Under the pieces are notes generated by a model. The model saw only the letters and a list, made by a program, of their open reading frames with translations, was not told the origin of the DNA and searched no databases. From Lytechinus pictus (Eukaryota): a DNA stretch of 64,000 bases. A program made the translations under genes and the position numbers. Each line of letters starts with the position of its first letter. The first letter of the stretch is position 1. Shown in pieces: positions 1 through 14,870 of the stretch. The DNA lies in contig NC_087245.1 of the NCBI RefSeq assembly GCF_037042905.1, positions 32,118,001 to 32,182,000 of the forward strand, in the 5' to 3' direction.

Positions 1-45
1 ATTAATACAAATATGGTTTATCCAACCCCTGCAATTGCAAGGTTA

Positions 46-435
46 TTATTATTATTTGTTTGGCATCACCTGTGGCTGGGAGGCGAAAAGCGAAATGAAT
101 CACTGTGACCCGCAGGTCTCTCCTCCCGATATAACTAATTGGGGGGGGGGGGGGTTGCAGGTGGACCACTACACCGGGGTTTCCCCCTACTTTTATACAA
201 ATATTTCAGTGGGTTCTTAACATGCAAAGGAGGTGACTCTCTTCTACATGGGGCCTCCATTTAACGTCTAATCCGAGAAACAGATTGTTTTCCACTGTAA
301 CATAGCCTGCATCTATGGAACATGGGAGAGATGTTTACACACAATGCACTGGCGTCAGTCATCCGTCTGGGGTGGACTCGAACCCACGATCTTTGGTTCG
401 ACAGGCAGACGCTTTACCGACTGAGCCAACTTTGC
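46..435 (-). mobile_element. tRNA-derived SINE with Deu-like domain
   Basis: Minus strand has A box GCTCAGTCGGTA and B box GGTTCGAGTCC, a central CGGATTAGACGTTAAATGGAGG..GTTAAGAACCC..GTAGGGGGAAACCCCGGTG resembling the DeuSINE domain, and an (AAT)n tail. Confidence 0.75.
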
Positions 436-3400
436 TCTCATTTATAAGGTTAACTGCATTGTTGTCAAATTCTCATTTGATCGCTGACATCTTCCCCCGT
501 CCATATCATTGATATTAGGGAGTTTTTGCAACCACTACCCAGACTTCTTATAGAATGCAGATAATCTATTGTCAAAAGCCCTTCATGACAAAGCAGCCTT
601 TGTAAAAAATCAGTTAATCAAAACAGCAGTGTCGTCCTGGACTCTGGACAAATGACATGTTTGCAATTTTTCGTCCGGTCCAAATGTTAGGACGATCTGC
701 TGTCACGGTCCACCAACTTTCGACAAAAACCTATAACCTGTCCATCGTGATTTGACTTGCATTTTCAATAGATTTATCACATTGCAGAATCCTTCCCTGT
801 TGCAATTGCAAAAACTTATTATGTGCACATCCAAAACATCACATGAACAGAATACAGTCATTCTACTACATTCTAGTCAGTGTGCATAAAAACAATTGTG
901 TCAGGTTAAAATGAACGGAATTCCTTTCTTTAATGATGGAAACCAGTATAGGTACCTGGAGGATATTCATGAGGAGCCATCAGCTAACTATAGACCATGG
1001 AAAGGATCATGACAGCATTTATTGATGACTAGAGTCTTATGAATAAAATATTGCAGGGAGCTTCTCATATTCTAATTCTCAGTGAACTGCAATTCAAGTA
1101 AAATTCACTTGTAAGTAGGCTTATATAGCTTTATATCTTTCAGTAGTGAGTACTAGTACAAATTTTTTTCTCCCAAATTCGGAACCTGAACATGAAACGC
1201 AAATAGTGTGAAATAGTGTGAATATTTCTAGAAGTGTGTAATTAACATCTGACTTCATGAATAATTTCATGGACATAAAGATTATGATCAATGCTTAATG
1301 ACTTCCAGGGATATTTCACACAATGGAATATGTATTCAGGGATAATGATCTGTCATTAGTCTGTATAATTACATGTAACAAGCGTGCTGACCCAAAATAA
1401 TGATAGTAATATTCCGTTTTTATAGACCTTCATACATCAGACATTTCTAAGTGCTTTCTGCAGATGTAGTTCACTGCAAAGTATTATCATCAATAGCGTT
1501 ATGCAGAGTTACAGCAGGTGTTGGATGATACCTAGAGACTGAAATCCAAGACTAATTTATGGATCAGCGTAATGACCAGTGGTATAGATCACCCATAATG
1601 CATCTCTTCTCACCTGCAGCACTATCTGTTGTGTTATTCTTTCACTGAGAGGAAAATTTCTCTCCACTTTTGGTCTCATCTTCGAATAAACAATTTGGAC
1701 CTCTAATTCACATGACCCCTCCCCCGCCCCGCCATCCTTCTCTTTCTTCTCCTCTTCCTCCCCCCTCTCTCTCTCTCTCCCTCTTCCTCTCTTTCTATCT
1801 CCTCTGTCTGTTTAAACAACTCTTCTCTTCTACTACCCTACTATCTTCTTTCTCTTTATGTTTGTCATTCTCTCTCTCCAAATTTCCTTCCACAACCCTT
1901 CCCTCCTTTCTCCCCCTGTGACCCTGTTGATTGACCATGTAGTACATGGCTTAACAGTCAATTTTGTTTCGGTCTCATTCTTATTCGCCTGTGTTTACGT
2001 ATCTCTATCTGTGTGTTGCAGCGCTCTTCTCTGTCTCTGTCTTTTCGTCTTCCACCTGTCTTTTCTCTGTCTCACTCTAATTTGGCCTGTGCTGTCTGTC
2101 TTTTATATTCCTTTGCTATCTAGCTCCCTCTGTTGTTATTCCCTATACCTTTTAAAACTCCAATTCTTTCTTACACAGTAAAAATACTTTCAAATTCATA
2201 TACAATCATGTTTACTATGAATTTAAGAGTAGTTGTTCAACAGTTTTAACAAGAACAAGAAAGTTTTATTTCAAGCATTTCATCTTCAACAGATTAAGCA
2301 TTGTTGTCTACAATTGTCAATACTTGTTTAAATCATTAAACAACTACCCCAAATGTCATTTATTAAACTGCATTATTAAAGAATTTTGGTGGGTACTTCC
2401 TCTCTCCTTCTTCCCCTCTCTCATGTCTTCTCTTCTATTCTCTTCTCTCTCTCCTTTTTCCTCTCTCCCTCCCACTCTCTATTTATTTTCTCCCACCATT
2501 ATGACCTTTTGACTACCCGGTAGAGTATCGTCTCGATTCAACTTAATGGATAATTTGATATCTCCTTCGTTTTGTTCAATCTCCAACGCACACTAGGCTT
2601 TTCTCACTGGGGAGATGGTGTTTTGGAATGCCACGGGCAAATTGAGCTACCACTCTCACTTTCCATCCACAGTTTAACTCGGCGAATGTCGTGCTGCCGA
2701 TTCAACAGTTGCCACAACGGTATTTTTCCATTAGATCAACAGTTTGCATAACAGCAATTGGCTGGTCCAACTCAATACATAATCAGAATTTGATTTCCGT
2801 GATAGGGAAATTCTTCAATTTATCGAAAATGGACCCAAAGTGAAGCACACAAATCCAAGGTCCATAGAAGAATGTATTTAGCATGGTTACTAGTTTGAGA
2901 CCAGTCATTTGTATTCAAGATATTTTGAAAGCATAGATAGCTAATTCACGAGTTACCAATACAGAAATATCGAGCCTTTCATGTTTATGCAAGAATTTAT
3001 TACCGGTATTTCAGGATAACATGCTGTGCCTATATAGCACCGTGTATGGTTGCAAGAATATACTGGGCTTAAAACAAAAAACAGATGGGGTGAATTACTG
3101 TTTTGAAATACAAGTCTTGATCGAATTGCATGAATGCAGGAAGCAGTGTAATGAAATCAATTAAAACTAATTAGTACTACTAACGATAATGACAACCATA
3201 AAGTCTCTTACCATAAACTAGTGTCATGTGCATGCATGCATCATCATTGGTGCCAATAAGCACAGGATGATTCAAGGCTAAACAACGTTTTGATTAATAT
3301 GATGAATTATTGATTCCATTGTATTAAGCTGTCAACAACAGATTCATTATATACACTGAAGTCAAGGTCAATTTCTAAACACTGGATTTATGACTACATC

Positions 3401-3439
3401 TGTATATTGAATCATTCAAGAAAATTATTTAAGTGCTTG

Positions 3440-4130
3440 ATGAATTATCATCTATTCAAATTGGCAATGCCAATATTTAGCTGTATATAGTTTGAAAATT
3501 AGTCGATGGAAATGTATCATCTAATACATTATAATAATAATGGAATCATGATATATTTAGACATGAATGGTAAAATTTCATTATAAAACGGTTATTTATC
3601 AGTCAAAACTATGGAAATCCAGCTACCACAGCATCTAAAATGCATGTCTGTTCAAAACGTTGTCTAAATTTCATTATCTCGACAATTCAGTGTTTCATGA
3701 CTCATCATCTATTCAAATTTGCAATGTTGATGGAAACCCATCATAATAGGCTACAGTGTTAATTATTTTGGAAATCACTATATGATTTCAAATTTCATCA
3801 TAGAACAGTAACCAATCAATCACTCAAAACTATGCAAAGCAAGCAACCCGAACAATATCTTAAATAAATGCATGTCTGTTCAAAATGTTGTCGGAATATA
3901 CTATACATATACATGTATGTATGCATCATTGTCTTAACAATTCAGTGTGCTATACTTGTTTTCTAAAAGATGTTGTACAAATTCCTGTGTGAAAAATTAT
4001 GAAATTCATGGATTTCTGTAGTTATGTATGCATCATTGTCTTCACAATTCAGTGGGCTTTTCTTTGTTTTCTAAAAGACGTTTACAAGATTCCTGTATGA
4101 AAAATGATGACATTTATGGATTTCCGTAGG
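3440..4130. repeat. Degenerate local tandem duplications (~250 bp and ~105 bp)
   Basis: TCATCTATTCAAATT, TGCATGTCTGTTCAAAA and TATGTATGCATCATTGTCTT each occur twice. Confidence 0.6.
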
Positions 4131-5636
4131 TGTGGTCGATCAAATTAATCATAACTCTTTGTATTAAGAGAAAAGCTCTAATATTCATTCCCAGATGCTT
4201 GCTCTGGTATTACCCAAGTGACTGCTTCTTATCCACTGACTTAGATTTGAGAATAAAATTTGCATTGATTCTGTCTAGACATCCCCATCCTTCTCTTAAA
4301 TCCCAAAGCCATTCAACATGATGCAGGGTTTGTTCTTTAATTTCCTCTATCGACCCAAAAAGGGTGAACCTTAGAACCATACATCAGCCCGCTCCCCATG
4401 ATGTAGGAGGAAAGGCCTCATTGATTGCGTTTTGGAAGGCATGGAGGCATTACAGATGAAAATTCACAACATACTGTACATGTACACACGGTAACATTTG
4501 GAAAATTGTTATCATTATCACAGCAAGCTCGGCTGCAGAAACAAGAAGCCATCAATGTGGTTTTCGGTGGGTTGGGTTTTAATGCACAAAATTTGAGGTT
4601 TTGGATGGTTAGGAATAAATGCATCATTTATTATTTTATAATAGTTTTTATTGAGAATGCAAAAAAAAAAGGATATATCAGCTGTTTTAAGTAAATCCTA
4701 TTTCACATCACTTCAGCCATTTCATTTCATTCTGGACATTCCAAACACATCGCCTCACATCCTTCTTGCATATGAAGACAATGCTTTCATTTGATATCCA
4801 GATGCTTCCTTTGACCCTTCAACATCACATATTGAAAATATACCTGATAACCTATACTCATTCTTACAGCAGCACATAATCACGCATCAAATAGGGCATC
4901 ACTCTAGTTTGATGAAGCACTGTTGGCACACATAGGCCTTCTGTTGTTCATTCAAATTCCTTCTATACATTCAACATTCTAAATTTCTTGGAAAAGGGGA
5001 TAAAGAGGCCTAGTCGAAGAGTTAAGAGCAGCTATATGTTTCTTTTGATTGACTGCCTACAAACCTTGCCAGGTGTGAATGAATGTGCCAACGATAAGCA
5101 AGCTAAATTAATTTCCACTAAGCGATGGGCCTAACTCGCACGCTCGATCGGACCGCATCTTGGCACTTTGCCGGGTCCATGCACAACCACGTCACGTTAA
5201 GCTCAATTCCAATTTGCTAGGCAGATGCACTTGAATTTTCTGCACCAGTTCCCCGAGAGGAAGCAGGTGGAAGAACGGGAGGCTCTCCGCTCGCGTCCTT
5301 CCAGGGAAATCGTTTGTTTGTACGCAGAGCTTAGCAAGAAATAGAACACCACATGTCTGCCACATTAAATTATAATCCCCATCACAAACTTTCAGATATC
5401 TGAATGATATCAAGAACAAACCAGGATCAGGAAGCCTAGATTCTTTAAAGTTCCTCACCTTCAATTCAAGAGTACCTGCTAAAGATATATATTTAGAAAA
5501 AGGAATAGTAAAGATCTGTACTTCCTCTGGGAAAGAGAGGCCAATTTGTATATTTCCAAAAGTGTTGGTTAACTCTAAACCAACAAGAAGAATTGCGGCT
5601 CTGTGGTATTTATGTGTATTATTTTGTGTGCATCTG

Positions 5637-5791
5637 GGACCCGTTGCATAAGTTACCATTATGGTAACTTTGCCATCCAATGGTAACTTGCATGAAATCC
5701 AAGATTCTGATTGGCTGTTGATCATCGTTACCATGGTAGTTACCACTGGATGTCAGAGTTACCATAATGGCAACTTTTATGCAATGGGCTC
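5637..5791. mobile_element. CWG-flanked MITE
   Basis: Ends GGACCCGTTGCATAA and TTATGCAATGGGCTC; CTG on both sides. Confidence 0.7.
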
Positions 5792-7004
5792 CTGGGAGAA
5801 TGGCATGTTAGGAAATTTTTGATTAGATTTATTTGTGAATTTCTGTATTGTATTCGAAATTCACCAAATTGTTTTGATTTTTCATGATTTCATTCAAAAT
5901 ACTTCACGTTAAGAGTCAATCCAAACCACGCTTGTGAACATTTTTTCCTGTGATGTCTTCAACAACGAAATCCTCTCAGTGAACCAATTTAAGCAAACAT
6001 TTCACTTCGTTGCTAACCATGACGGGTCGTGGGAGTAAAACTGAAGTGTTTGGTACTCTCCTCGAACGTTATTCTCATACCGTCGAGTGCCTTCTCTTCT
6101 GCCCGAAGGATGATTCAAAGAATTTCATTTAATTCATTCCTTGTGCTACTTATCTTATCATTACTAAAGTGATTGATGTGTTTTAATACCACTATCTTTA
6201 CTTTTCTCACTATCCATTCTTCCTCAAATCAGACGAGGAAAATCATCAAACAGAAATAAGGAGAAAAAAGGCGATATCAAAAAAAAAAAATCAGAGAAAA
6301 AGGACTAGGAGGAGAGGAAAACATAGAATGAGAAAGAAGAGAAGGAAAAGGAAAGCACAAAAACAAGAAAATAAAAGTGGACAAGAAAATATCATTATTG
6401 GCTACTGGTTTCCAATGCTTACTACAACAACGGAAGAAAAACACGAGGACAACAAAAACAAAAACAGGAGATGAAATACCACGTACTTCCTCCTACAAAT
6501 CAAATACGGCAGATTCTAAATGGGGAGATAGCTTCAGCGTAATTACATCAGTGACCTCAAAATCAGTCTAAATTTGACTAATTCATCCTTCAATGGAAAA
6601 GCGACTGCTATTTGTAGAGAGCTCATCACTGGAGGAAAATGAAAAATAGAAGGTCCTAATTAGCAATATGCTTCGACAAAAGATGTCGTTTTGCGTTCTG
6701 ATGCCGATAATTGACATATCCACGGATAAATGATAAACAAGGTACTAGTCTTTGTAAACAGACATCAGATTATGATACACAAATTCCTCACATTGGAAAT
6801 CAATATGCACAGGAAACAGCAGCTCCCCTTTTCAAAATACTTATCAAACAAGAATAGGGAAAAATATTTGCTAGTGTTCCTATACTGTACTATAAACAGT
6901 TAGACACTGACTTGTACTTCAGTGTGGTTTGATTTGTATGGTCACGCATCAGAGAGAGTATGCAATTATACACTTAATACATCAGAATGAGGTATCCTTA
7001 CCAA

Positions 7005-7282
7005 GATATCATTACCCAAGTCATCGGATCCTGACTCGTTTGCATGCTATGCATGGAATCTATCCACTCCCTGGGGAGCATTCCAACAAACATTTACAAA
7101 CTCAACTACTTGGCATAATATCTAGGTTTTTGCCTCCTCCCATGTACCCACCTAACACCTGGGTGGAGGATGGCAAAGTTCAATGGACACCTTGCAAAAG
7201 GAAGCTAGACCGATGAGGGATTCGAACACATGATTCTTTGACTTCAGGGTGAGAGTCAGAACCGCTATACCACAATGCTTCC
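7005..7282 (-). mobile_element. Degenerate tRNA-derived SINE
   Basis: Inverted B box GGATTCGAAC at ~7219 and inverted core GTACCCACCTAACACCTGGGT; lies head-to-head with the SINE at 7326. Confidence 0.6.
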
Positions 7283-7325
7283 GCTTTTATATAGGGTCAC
7301 TTCTTATTCCAAAACAGCAGTATGT

Positions 7326-7612
7326 GGGTGCGTCGTTGGTCTAGTGGTTCTGACTCTCGCCTTTCAAACAGAGGGTCGTGGGTTCGAATCCTTGCCATGG
7401 CGTGTTTTCCTTCAGCAAGAAATTTATCCACACTGTGCTGCACTCGACCCAGGTGAAGTGAATGGGTACCCGGCGGGATTAATTCCTTGAATGCACAAGC
7501 GCTGAAAGGCAGCTCAAGCTAAAGCCGGGGTAATAATGATAATAACAATGTGCCTCGGAATAGATTATTTCTAGAAAGATGGTGCTATACAAATGCCTAT
7601 TATTATCATTAT
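7326..7612 (+). mobile_element. tRNA-derived SINE (family A, full length)
   Basis: A box TGGTCTAGTGG, B box GGTTCGAATCC, core GCACTCGACCCAGGTGA..AATGGGTACCCGG and (TTA)n tail. Homologous copies occur elsewhere in the window. Confidence 0.9.
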
Positions 7613-8887
7613 GTCTTTGTTTTGTTTTAAATTATGGAAATAGTCATTACTACGAACTAGTAGGGCTTTTTGATACTCCTTTCATTTACTTTATGGGTGT
7701 CCCTTCAAAGGGGAGAAAATGAACACAATTGGTGATTTCATCTGAGATTGGTTACTGCGTGTGAGCACAGCGTCATCTCCTGCAATCATACATGTAAAAT
7801 CACTGTGTATTCATCATTTTATTTACTGTACATGTGAACACGGTCTATTCCTTATCTGAAATGTTGGTGACTCGTAAGATTTAATCACATTTTCTTTACC
7901 GTGTGTGGACAGAGCTTCATCGCGTGCATTGAATGTACGGACCACCAGGTATTTCGCCCATGTAATCGATCCGTTCGCACACTCGTGATGCAAATAAAGC
8001 TCTATCTGACCGGTACTCCACACCGTCTGGACCGGTTATCTTATTTCTACGCAACCTCAGACCATGTCAAGAGTCAATTACCATCGATCAATCAAAACTT
8101 ACAGTTGTGAGTCCTGTAGATCGGTACAGTCAACAGATCGGGTCTTCGGTCAATCCGAGATGTCTACCTGCAACATTTGAAAACAATTATGAATAAAAGG
8201 GTAACTATGGAAATGGATATCAACAATGCAACTCCAATAAATTTCAGTGATATCTGTCAATATTACTCATGTTTAGAGCTGTCCTGATTTTCAACATTAC
8301 AATGACGATTGATACAAGTGGTTTTAACCCTCTCTAAGGTTTTTAAAATGCACTATCAAAGCATAAATAAGCCTTTACAGCCATGTGAGCACCAATAGAA
8401 AAAAAAGTAATAGGATCAGAATCAGTGCATATTTGAGTCAATCCTAACTGCTACTGTGTGGCCACTGTACAATGCATGGAGTTACAGAATTCCCTAGTTA
8501 ACAGGTAAAATAAACCAAAGAATGAATTTCAACTTCAAATTATAGACCAAAGGTGAAAACACTACCGTGGTATCAAATGGCCTACCATAGTTGGTAAAGA
8601 TACCACACTAGTTTTTCTCAGTGACACCAGTCAAGCCTACCAGAAGTCAAAAGAGCATTTGTTCCATATAAAGTAATCTGTTTAATGCCCTTTTTGCTCT
8701 TAACAGACTATAGTGTTATGATTGACTGATATATTAATTCTATTTTGGCCTACTCACCACGACCACATAATGTCCTTACAGCATGTCGTGTACGATCAAT
8801 GCAAAAACAAAAAATAACAGATATAACTATGATACATCTTTGCACAATCCTTTCCATAAACAGAAACATTATTAATATTAATATTCC

Positions 8888-9010
8888 ATTGTGATGATAT
8901 CTCACAGATTCCACTCAAATATAAAACTGAGGAGTAAACTTCTTAACAATTGTGATGATATCTCACAGATTCCACTCAAATATAAAACTGAGGAGTAAAC
9001 TTCTTAACAA
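8888..9010. repeat. Perfect 61-bp tandem duplication
   Basis: ATTGTGATGATATCTCACAG...CTTCTTAACA occurs twice. Confidence 0.95.
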
Positions 9011-9106
9011 ATATAACGTAAACAGGATACACTCAAGAAAATATTATTTTGTGAAGGTCTTGTCTTGGATGAAAGTTGAAAATAGTATGTGTGCAAAACA
9101 CATACC

Positions 9107-9312
9107 TAGTCTGCAAGCGCAGACCCTTGGCTTTCATTATTCGCATAGTGCATAATGCAGAGGCTGAGGGAGTGAGACTAGATTCACTATGTACTGCGTG
9201 GCTGCCTCTACCATCTTACTTGACACAGACAGAAACTTTTCACATCTAGTCTTCATTCTAAACATAGTGTGATTGGGTAAAGTGTAAAATTTGAGTCTGT
9301 GTTTGCAGACTA
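9107..9312. mobile_element. TAGTCTGCA-ended MITE
   Basis: Ends TAGTCTGCAAGCGCAGAC and GTCTGTGTTTGCAGACTA; homologous to 12461-12647 (shared GTGAGACTAGATTCACT). Confidence 0.65.
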
Positions 9313-12300
9313 CAATACACAATACACCTACAAGCTTAACCGCTCACGATGGCAGTCTCCTGCGTTTATTTGTTAATGTTCCTTTTTATTATTATTAAAA
9401 TGTGAAGTTTGTGCCTACACCATTATTTTTCTAATTATGTATCATGTTTATATTGTATACATTATGGATTATTTTGTATATTGCAAACAATGTAAATATT
9501 TTTGATAATGTATTGTGAACGCAGAAATAGAAATAAAGCAAACAAAAAACCTTCATGTAAAGTATGTTCACAACATAAATTGAAAGCTTTGATAATGAAT
9601 GGTCACATTAACAATATTCAATGTGGCATATGTTTTCGGAACAAGCCAAAATGAAAGCGATATCTAATGCTGATATGAACATGTTCAATGTACAAAAGGG
9701 TAAAAAACAAATTAGCATTTTTCTGTAACTGAAATCAAAATAATTGATTCAGCTATTAATTCAATCATTTAAGAAAAAAAATGGTGCATTTTGATAACCC
9801 GATTCCAAACCAAAATATATATTGGTGGCCTTTAATGCAATATAACTTGTTCAGTGTTTGAAGTAGATAGTTTGCCCTAAGTAGGAAATTACGGCAGACG
9901 ATTAAACATAAGATCAACTGGCTTACATACTAACAAACATACAGCAAAAGAGTTGTTTAAAAAATATACATGTATGGATTCATGTATAGCATTTGGATAT
10001 ACTTCCCCTCATGCATTCTTGTTTACAGACAGAGATAAATAAATACATGGCATCTGAAAATAATTGTCAACAAGTTTTTGTTTTTAAAAAAGGGCAAACA
10101 GGGGTAAGCTTCCACAAATTCAAACGCAAACAAAGTTCTTTCGTGCAGTTTAATTGAACGTTCTATCATTGTGTTAATTTACAATTTATTGTATTGTACT
10201 ATTGTAGTCCTTTGAAAAAATCTTTCCTTTTGGGTGACCGGATGTTTTTTTAATTATATCTTCGAGGGTGTTTCATACAGCTGTGCATGGTGTTATGCAA
10301 GAGATTACGACTTGATATTGAAAGCCAAATATGTATCTCAATAATATATGTTATTGTATGAGCTAAAGTTGAATAAGTCATATGCTGATTACATTATCAT
10401 TGTCAAAAGCACATTTTTTTTATGTACATCCAGTGGATGGACATACACCCCCTGACGATATTAGTGGATTTTTAATACCCTCTGTGTTATAAATTTTTAC
10501 ACAAAAATTACATTTTTACATTAAATAAGATTCAACATAATTGTTATATATATTCTTGATATGTTTGTAAGATCAAACATTCATCTGCAAGATGATTATT
10601 ATTATTTTCAAAGGAATTTCTATTTCTATTTCTAAGCAAATCAACATTACACAGAAATATAAAGAAGTTAATATCTAAATCCATATTTTATTGTTCAAAA
10701 TTGACATGAAATGATATACTCCGAAAATTTGCTTTGCCCAATTGATCGTGGGCCCCGCAGCCGCTGTGCAGCGCCAGATTGACGGGGCTCTATCCCTTTA
10801 ATCATTGAATGCCAATCTTTTAACATCTTTTGGTCTGACGCGGCCAGGGTTTGAAACCTGACCTCCGGTTGTGAGACGGGCCAACACACCGGTATATTCC
10901 CACTGTACTGAAACCATAAATCAGCAATGAAGATGTCACATGTGGGGCCTTTGGTAATTTTGTCCTGTAATTTATGTCAGCAGAGAAAACGCAATGAACA
11001 ATATACAGCTCCTCCTATTCATGCATAAAAGCCATATAGTCATTACCAAAATCACACTTCAAAGAGTTTCAAGTAATGTGATATTGACATTTGATGAAAG
11101 AGAGAGGAGAAATAAATCTGGCCAAATGAGAGATGGAGATAATGCGTTTGCACAAAAAACAATCAATGCTGACATTTCAATGGGGATTGAATGGTCGTCC
11201 TTCATGCCCGGCCAGACTTAACTCACGCCAGAAGCGCATGAAATGATAATATTGATTTCTGGCACCGTTTCTGCGCAGCTGCCCCGTGTTGGCAAAAAAA
11301 AAAAAAGACGAGGAAGAAAAATCAATGACTCATTTAAGAGAGCTTTGGAAGGGAAGGTGGTTGGGACTGTGACAGCTCTATCAGATGTGTATTTCTTTTA
11401 TTGGCAATGTTCATCAGCAAGGCGCTGCTGTAATGTTAGATGACGCTGGCTTTTATCGAAGTGTCGGGTTTAGCCGGAGAAAAATGTGGTTCGGGTAATC
11501 TATAATGTGCATTTTTGTTGGTGTGCTGGGGATAGGATGGGAAAGCAAAATAAGCTTTGGAAAACATGGCTCAAGGCTCAGATATCCCCCATCTTTCTGT
11601 TTTTATATTTTTCTCAATTCAATAATAATCGCTGGAAGGATTCGACACCCCAATCAACATGACCACACACTTTTCTGATGACTTCAAAGTCATCAACTTT
11701 CCGTCATTGTCAAAATTTTGGAAGGCTAAAGGGCACAGGGTATGAAATCAATAAAATGAAATCATTAAATTAGAAAAAAAAATTGCATAAAACTTTCCCC
11801 TTGAAGTAAAAGAATCGCTTGCAAACTTTATTGATTTTTCCCCCTCAATTGGATGGAATATATACTTTGAGTTAGAGATTTGCATGGTGGTTGCATCAGA
11901 GCAGAAATCATTGTTATCCTTTGTATTTGAATTACTTAAAATTACTCAAGGCAAATAGAAAATAGCCTTACAACTTCCAAAAGTAAGGGTAATTTCAATA
12001 TCATTACAGTAAAAAAATAATAGCTGTTGCGATTGGTAACAAATTAACTTCAAAACTAAGTTCTTCCAATGAGCCATCAATTAAACATTGAATAGTAACA
12101 TCCAAATGTAAGAAGAACAAATACATTCCTGACTACATCCTTGGCAAATGTTGAAAACATTAGACCGAGATTCACAGGAGCCGTGCAACCCTTATATCAT
12201 CACCAAATTCTAACTTGTCTTTTTGAGTTCACTCTCTCCTCTTGTTCATACACGCAGGCTAGATTTCGCAAGCTGAAATGAAATTTGCACGATAAAACCC

Positions 12301-12460
12301 CGGGATGGTTTTCATGAAATTGGAGACGATTTTCTGCTGATCCTCATCTTGAGCTTCTAGAAGCAGAGCACCTGGATGTTACACTGTCTGTTGTTCAACT
12401 ATAGAGGGCAGGTTTATTCTAGGAATGAAGTTCTGTGGTATGGTGGGTGGGATGTACATG

Positions 12461-12647
12461 TAGTCTGCAGGCACAGACTACTATTTTTCGCATAATGAAC
12501 AATACAGAGTCTGAAGTAGTGAGACTAGATTCACTCATGTTCTGTGGCTGTATCTAACACAGACAGGGAGTTAGGAATATAGTCTTCACTCTATAAAACT
12601 AATGTAATTTGTTCAAGTATCAAATTCGGTTCTTTGCTTGAAGACTA
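12461..12647. mobile_element. Second TAGTCTGCA-ended MITE
   Basis: Collinear similarity to 9107-9312. Confidence 0.6.
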
Positions 12648-13794
12648 TGTGGCATGCATCGTCTACTCATTGCTCGAAATGATCCGAGCTGATGCAAAAT
12701 GCAAAATAGTTGTTACCTGAAAGTGTCTAAACTATGCCAAGTATTTACTTTTCCTTCCTCAGTATAAATCAAATTGAGTGTTTGAACTGAATGACTAACC
12801 AAATTACTGCATCCACCTTTTCAAGAGTACAAATGAATCAGAAGTCTCTGTTTGAATTTTGAAGGAAGAAGTTCCTCCTCCCCTTCCTCCCCCATCTCCC
12901 TCCCTGTGGTTATGGTCATCGGACGAGCATGATTGGTATTATCTATACTATTATATTTCAATATATTTTTCTATTGATTTTTGTCTTTAGTTTCACTAAA
13001 ATAAATGATGCATTACTTCTATCTCTGTATGTACATTTCCCTATCTTTTCACAATAAGAAATGATTCATTTCTTTAGTTCCATTTTGTAAATACACTGTA
13101 CATTTCCCTATCCTCATCACTTTTTTACTGGAATTAATGGAGCATTACAGCTAATTAAATATTGCTCATTCTGGATCCTGTTCTGTGCAGCCTACAAAGT
13201 ACTAGCATTTTCCCAAAACACAAAGCCTAAATTGAAATAATGGAGAGTCCCTGCCCCTGAAAAAAAAAATATATACCGTATAAATAAAAATATAACAACT
13301 TAAGATGTTCACAAGAAGCAGATCCTATCTTAGCAAGATTGAGAAAACCAGAGAACATAGTAAATGAAGGTTGATGTGTGTTTAGGAATCTGGATTTTAA
13401 GCGGTTTCATTCAAATTTTTTAAATAAATAACATTTTCCTTAAATTTGATAATTATGCCCCCTTTACTCATAGATTGATAACGTATTGGTTTTCAAGCAC
13501 CATGACCGCAATTCTCATCATTTAGTCATGAAAAAAATCTCTTGAATATTACAGATATCAACCCGGTTAGCAGACAGAAGGCAATCGACCTGACAAGGAA
13601 AGGACCCAACTTCAAATACCAAATATCAAGTTGTTAGATGATGGTTGAATTTATCCAATTTGGTAATTATCCTAATGGCTTTATGCCCAGAGGCTTGTTG
13701 GTATATTAGATAAGGGATGAGTAGGGTGGGGTGGGAATGTTCCACAATATTACTTGCCTAGCAGGTGGGGGCGGGGTGTGGTGATGTGCCTACA

Positions 13795-14182
13795 TACACA
13801 GAAAAAAAACTGTTGCGTTACCAACTGTGCATAGTGGACCACATAATGCAAGTTGTGTAAATGCACTGGTGTTAATTTTGTGGTGTCAGCTCAACATCCA
13901 TTCATGTTATTACAACATTTTGTTACTGTAACACTGCTTCGTGTTACGTTCAAACTCTTGGGTGTAATTTTAACACCAGTCATTTCAGAGTCAACCAGTG
14001 TTAATGTTTTGGTATTAGTTCCAACAACCATGAGTGTTATTAAAACACACCACATTTGGTTGTTAAAGTAACACTCTTTGGTGTTATATGCAAACTCTTA
14101 TAGGTGTAATTACAACACCTTTGGGTGTGGTCCTCTAGGGACACCAACTGGTATCAGTGTTAATGCCCCAATTTCAGAGTGT
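13795..14182. mobile_element. CAC-ended non-autonomous DNA element
   Basis: Ends ACACAGAAAAAA and TTTCAGAGTGT; rich in TAACAC/GTGTTA motifs. Related fragments at ~44590-44760 and ~48995-49130. Confidence 0.5.
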
Positions 14183-14870
14183 TCATGTGTACATATTGCT
14201 CTAGTAGTTGATGGTTGATGTTAGGATGAGATTTATCCTATAATTGGGGCTAAGTCCTGCTTTTCTTTCCAGAACACCCACAATTCGTGTCAGAGGATTT
14301 TCATCTGCTTATAATGTGTTTATTAACCTCATACTTTGTGAAAGCAAGAAATAGTTTACACCAATTAAATCAAGGAGGATGATCATCATTATGGGAGTAA
14401 TTGTATTATTGTAGCTGTAACAGGATGGCCCTTCCACATGAAAGAATAACCTTTCAAAAATACATAGAAGAAACAACCTCTTTAAGTAACCCAACCATCC
14501 GTGGCCCATCTATTGATTGACATACAGAGACGAATATTAAACAAGTTTTATCTTTCTCTCCGAGTATTCTTGTGAGACCAACGGGTGCTCGAGGCGAATC
14601 GATCGCGAGGCATCGAGAGACGTGGCAAAGAATACGCAGACTATTTACTCTTATGGCAAATCCTTAAAGTGTAGGATACCTCGGACGACATCCATTACAG
14701 AAACTGAGCTCGTAAGTTATTTTTATTGAATACATGTCGTGTGAGGGTGCATAAATTAGCTCTAGCCGGGCACAATGTGATAAAGTCTCACATTGAGGAT
14801 ATTCAAAGCGACGGGTTTCCATCTTAATGAAGAGGATCAATTGTAATAAATCCCTCCATATTATTGGTTG

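Noticed and set aside
518..819. Possible TIR element GGGAGTTTTTGCAA..TTGCAAAAACT
   Set aside because: The right end is degenerate and the TSD uncertain, so it is too weak to classify.
5192..5746. 184-aa minus-strand ORF
   Set aside because: It starts inside a MITE and has no recognisable domain.
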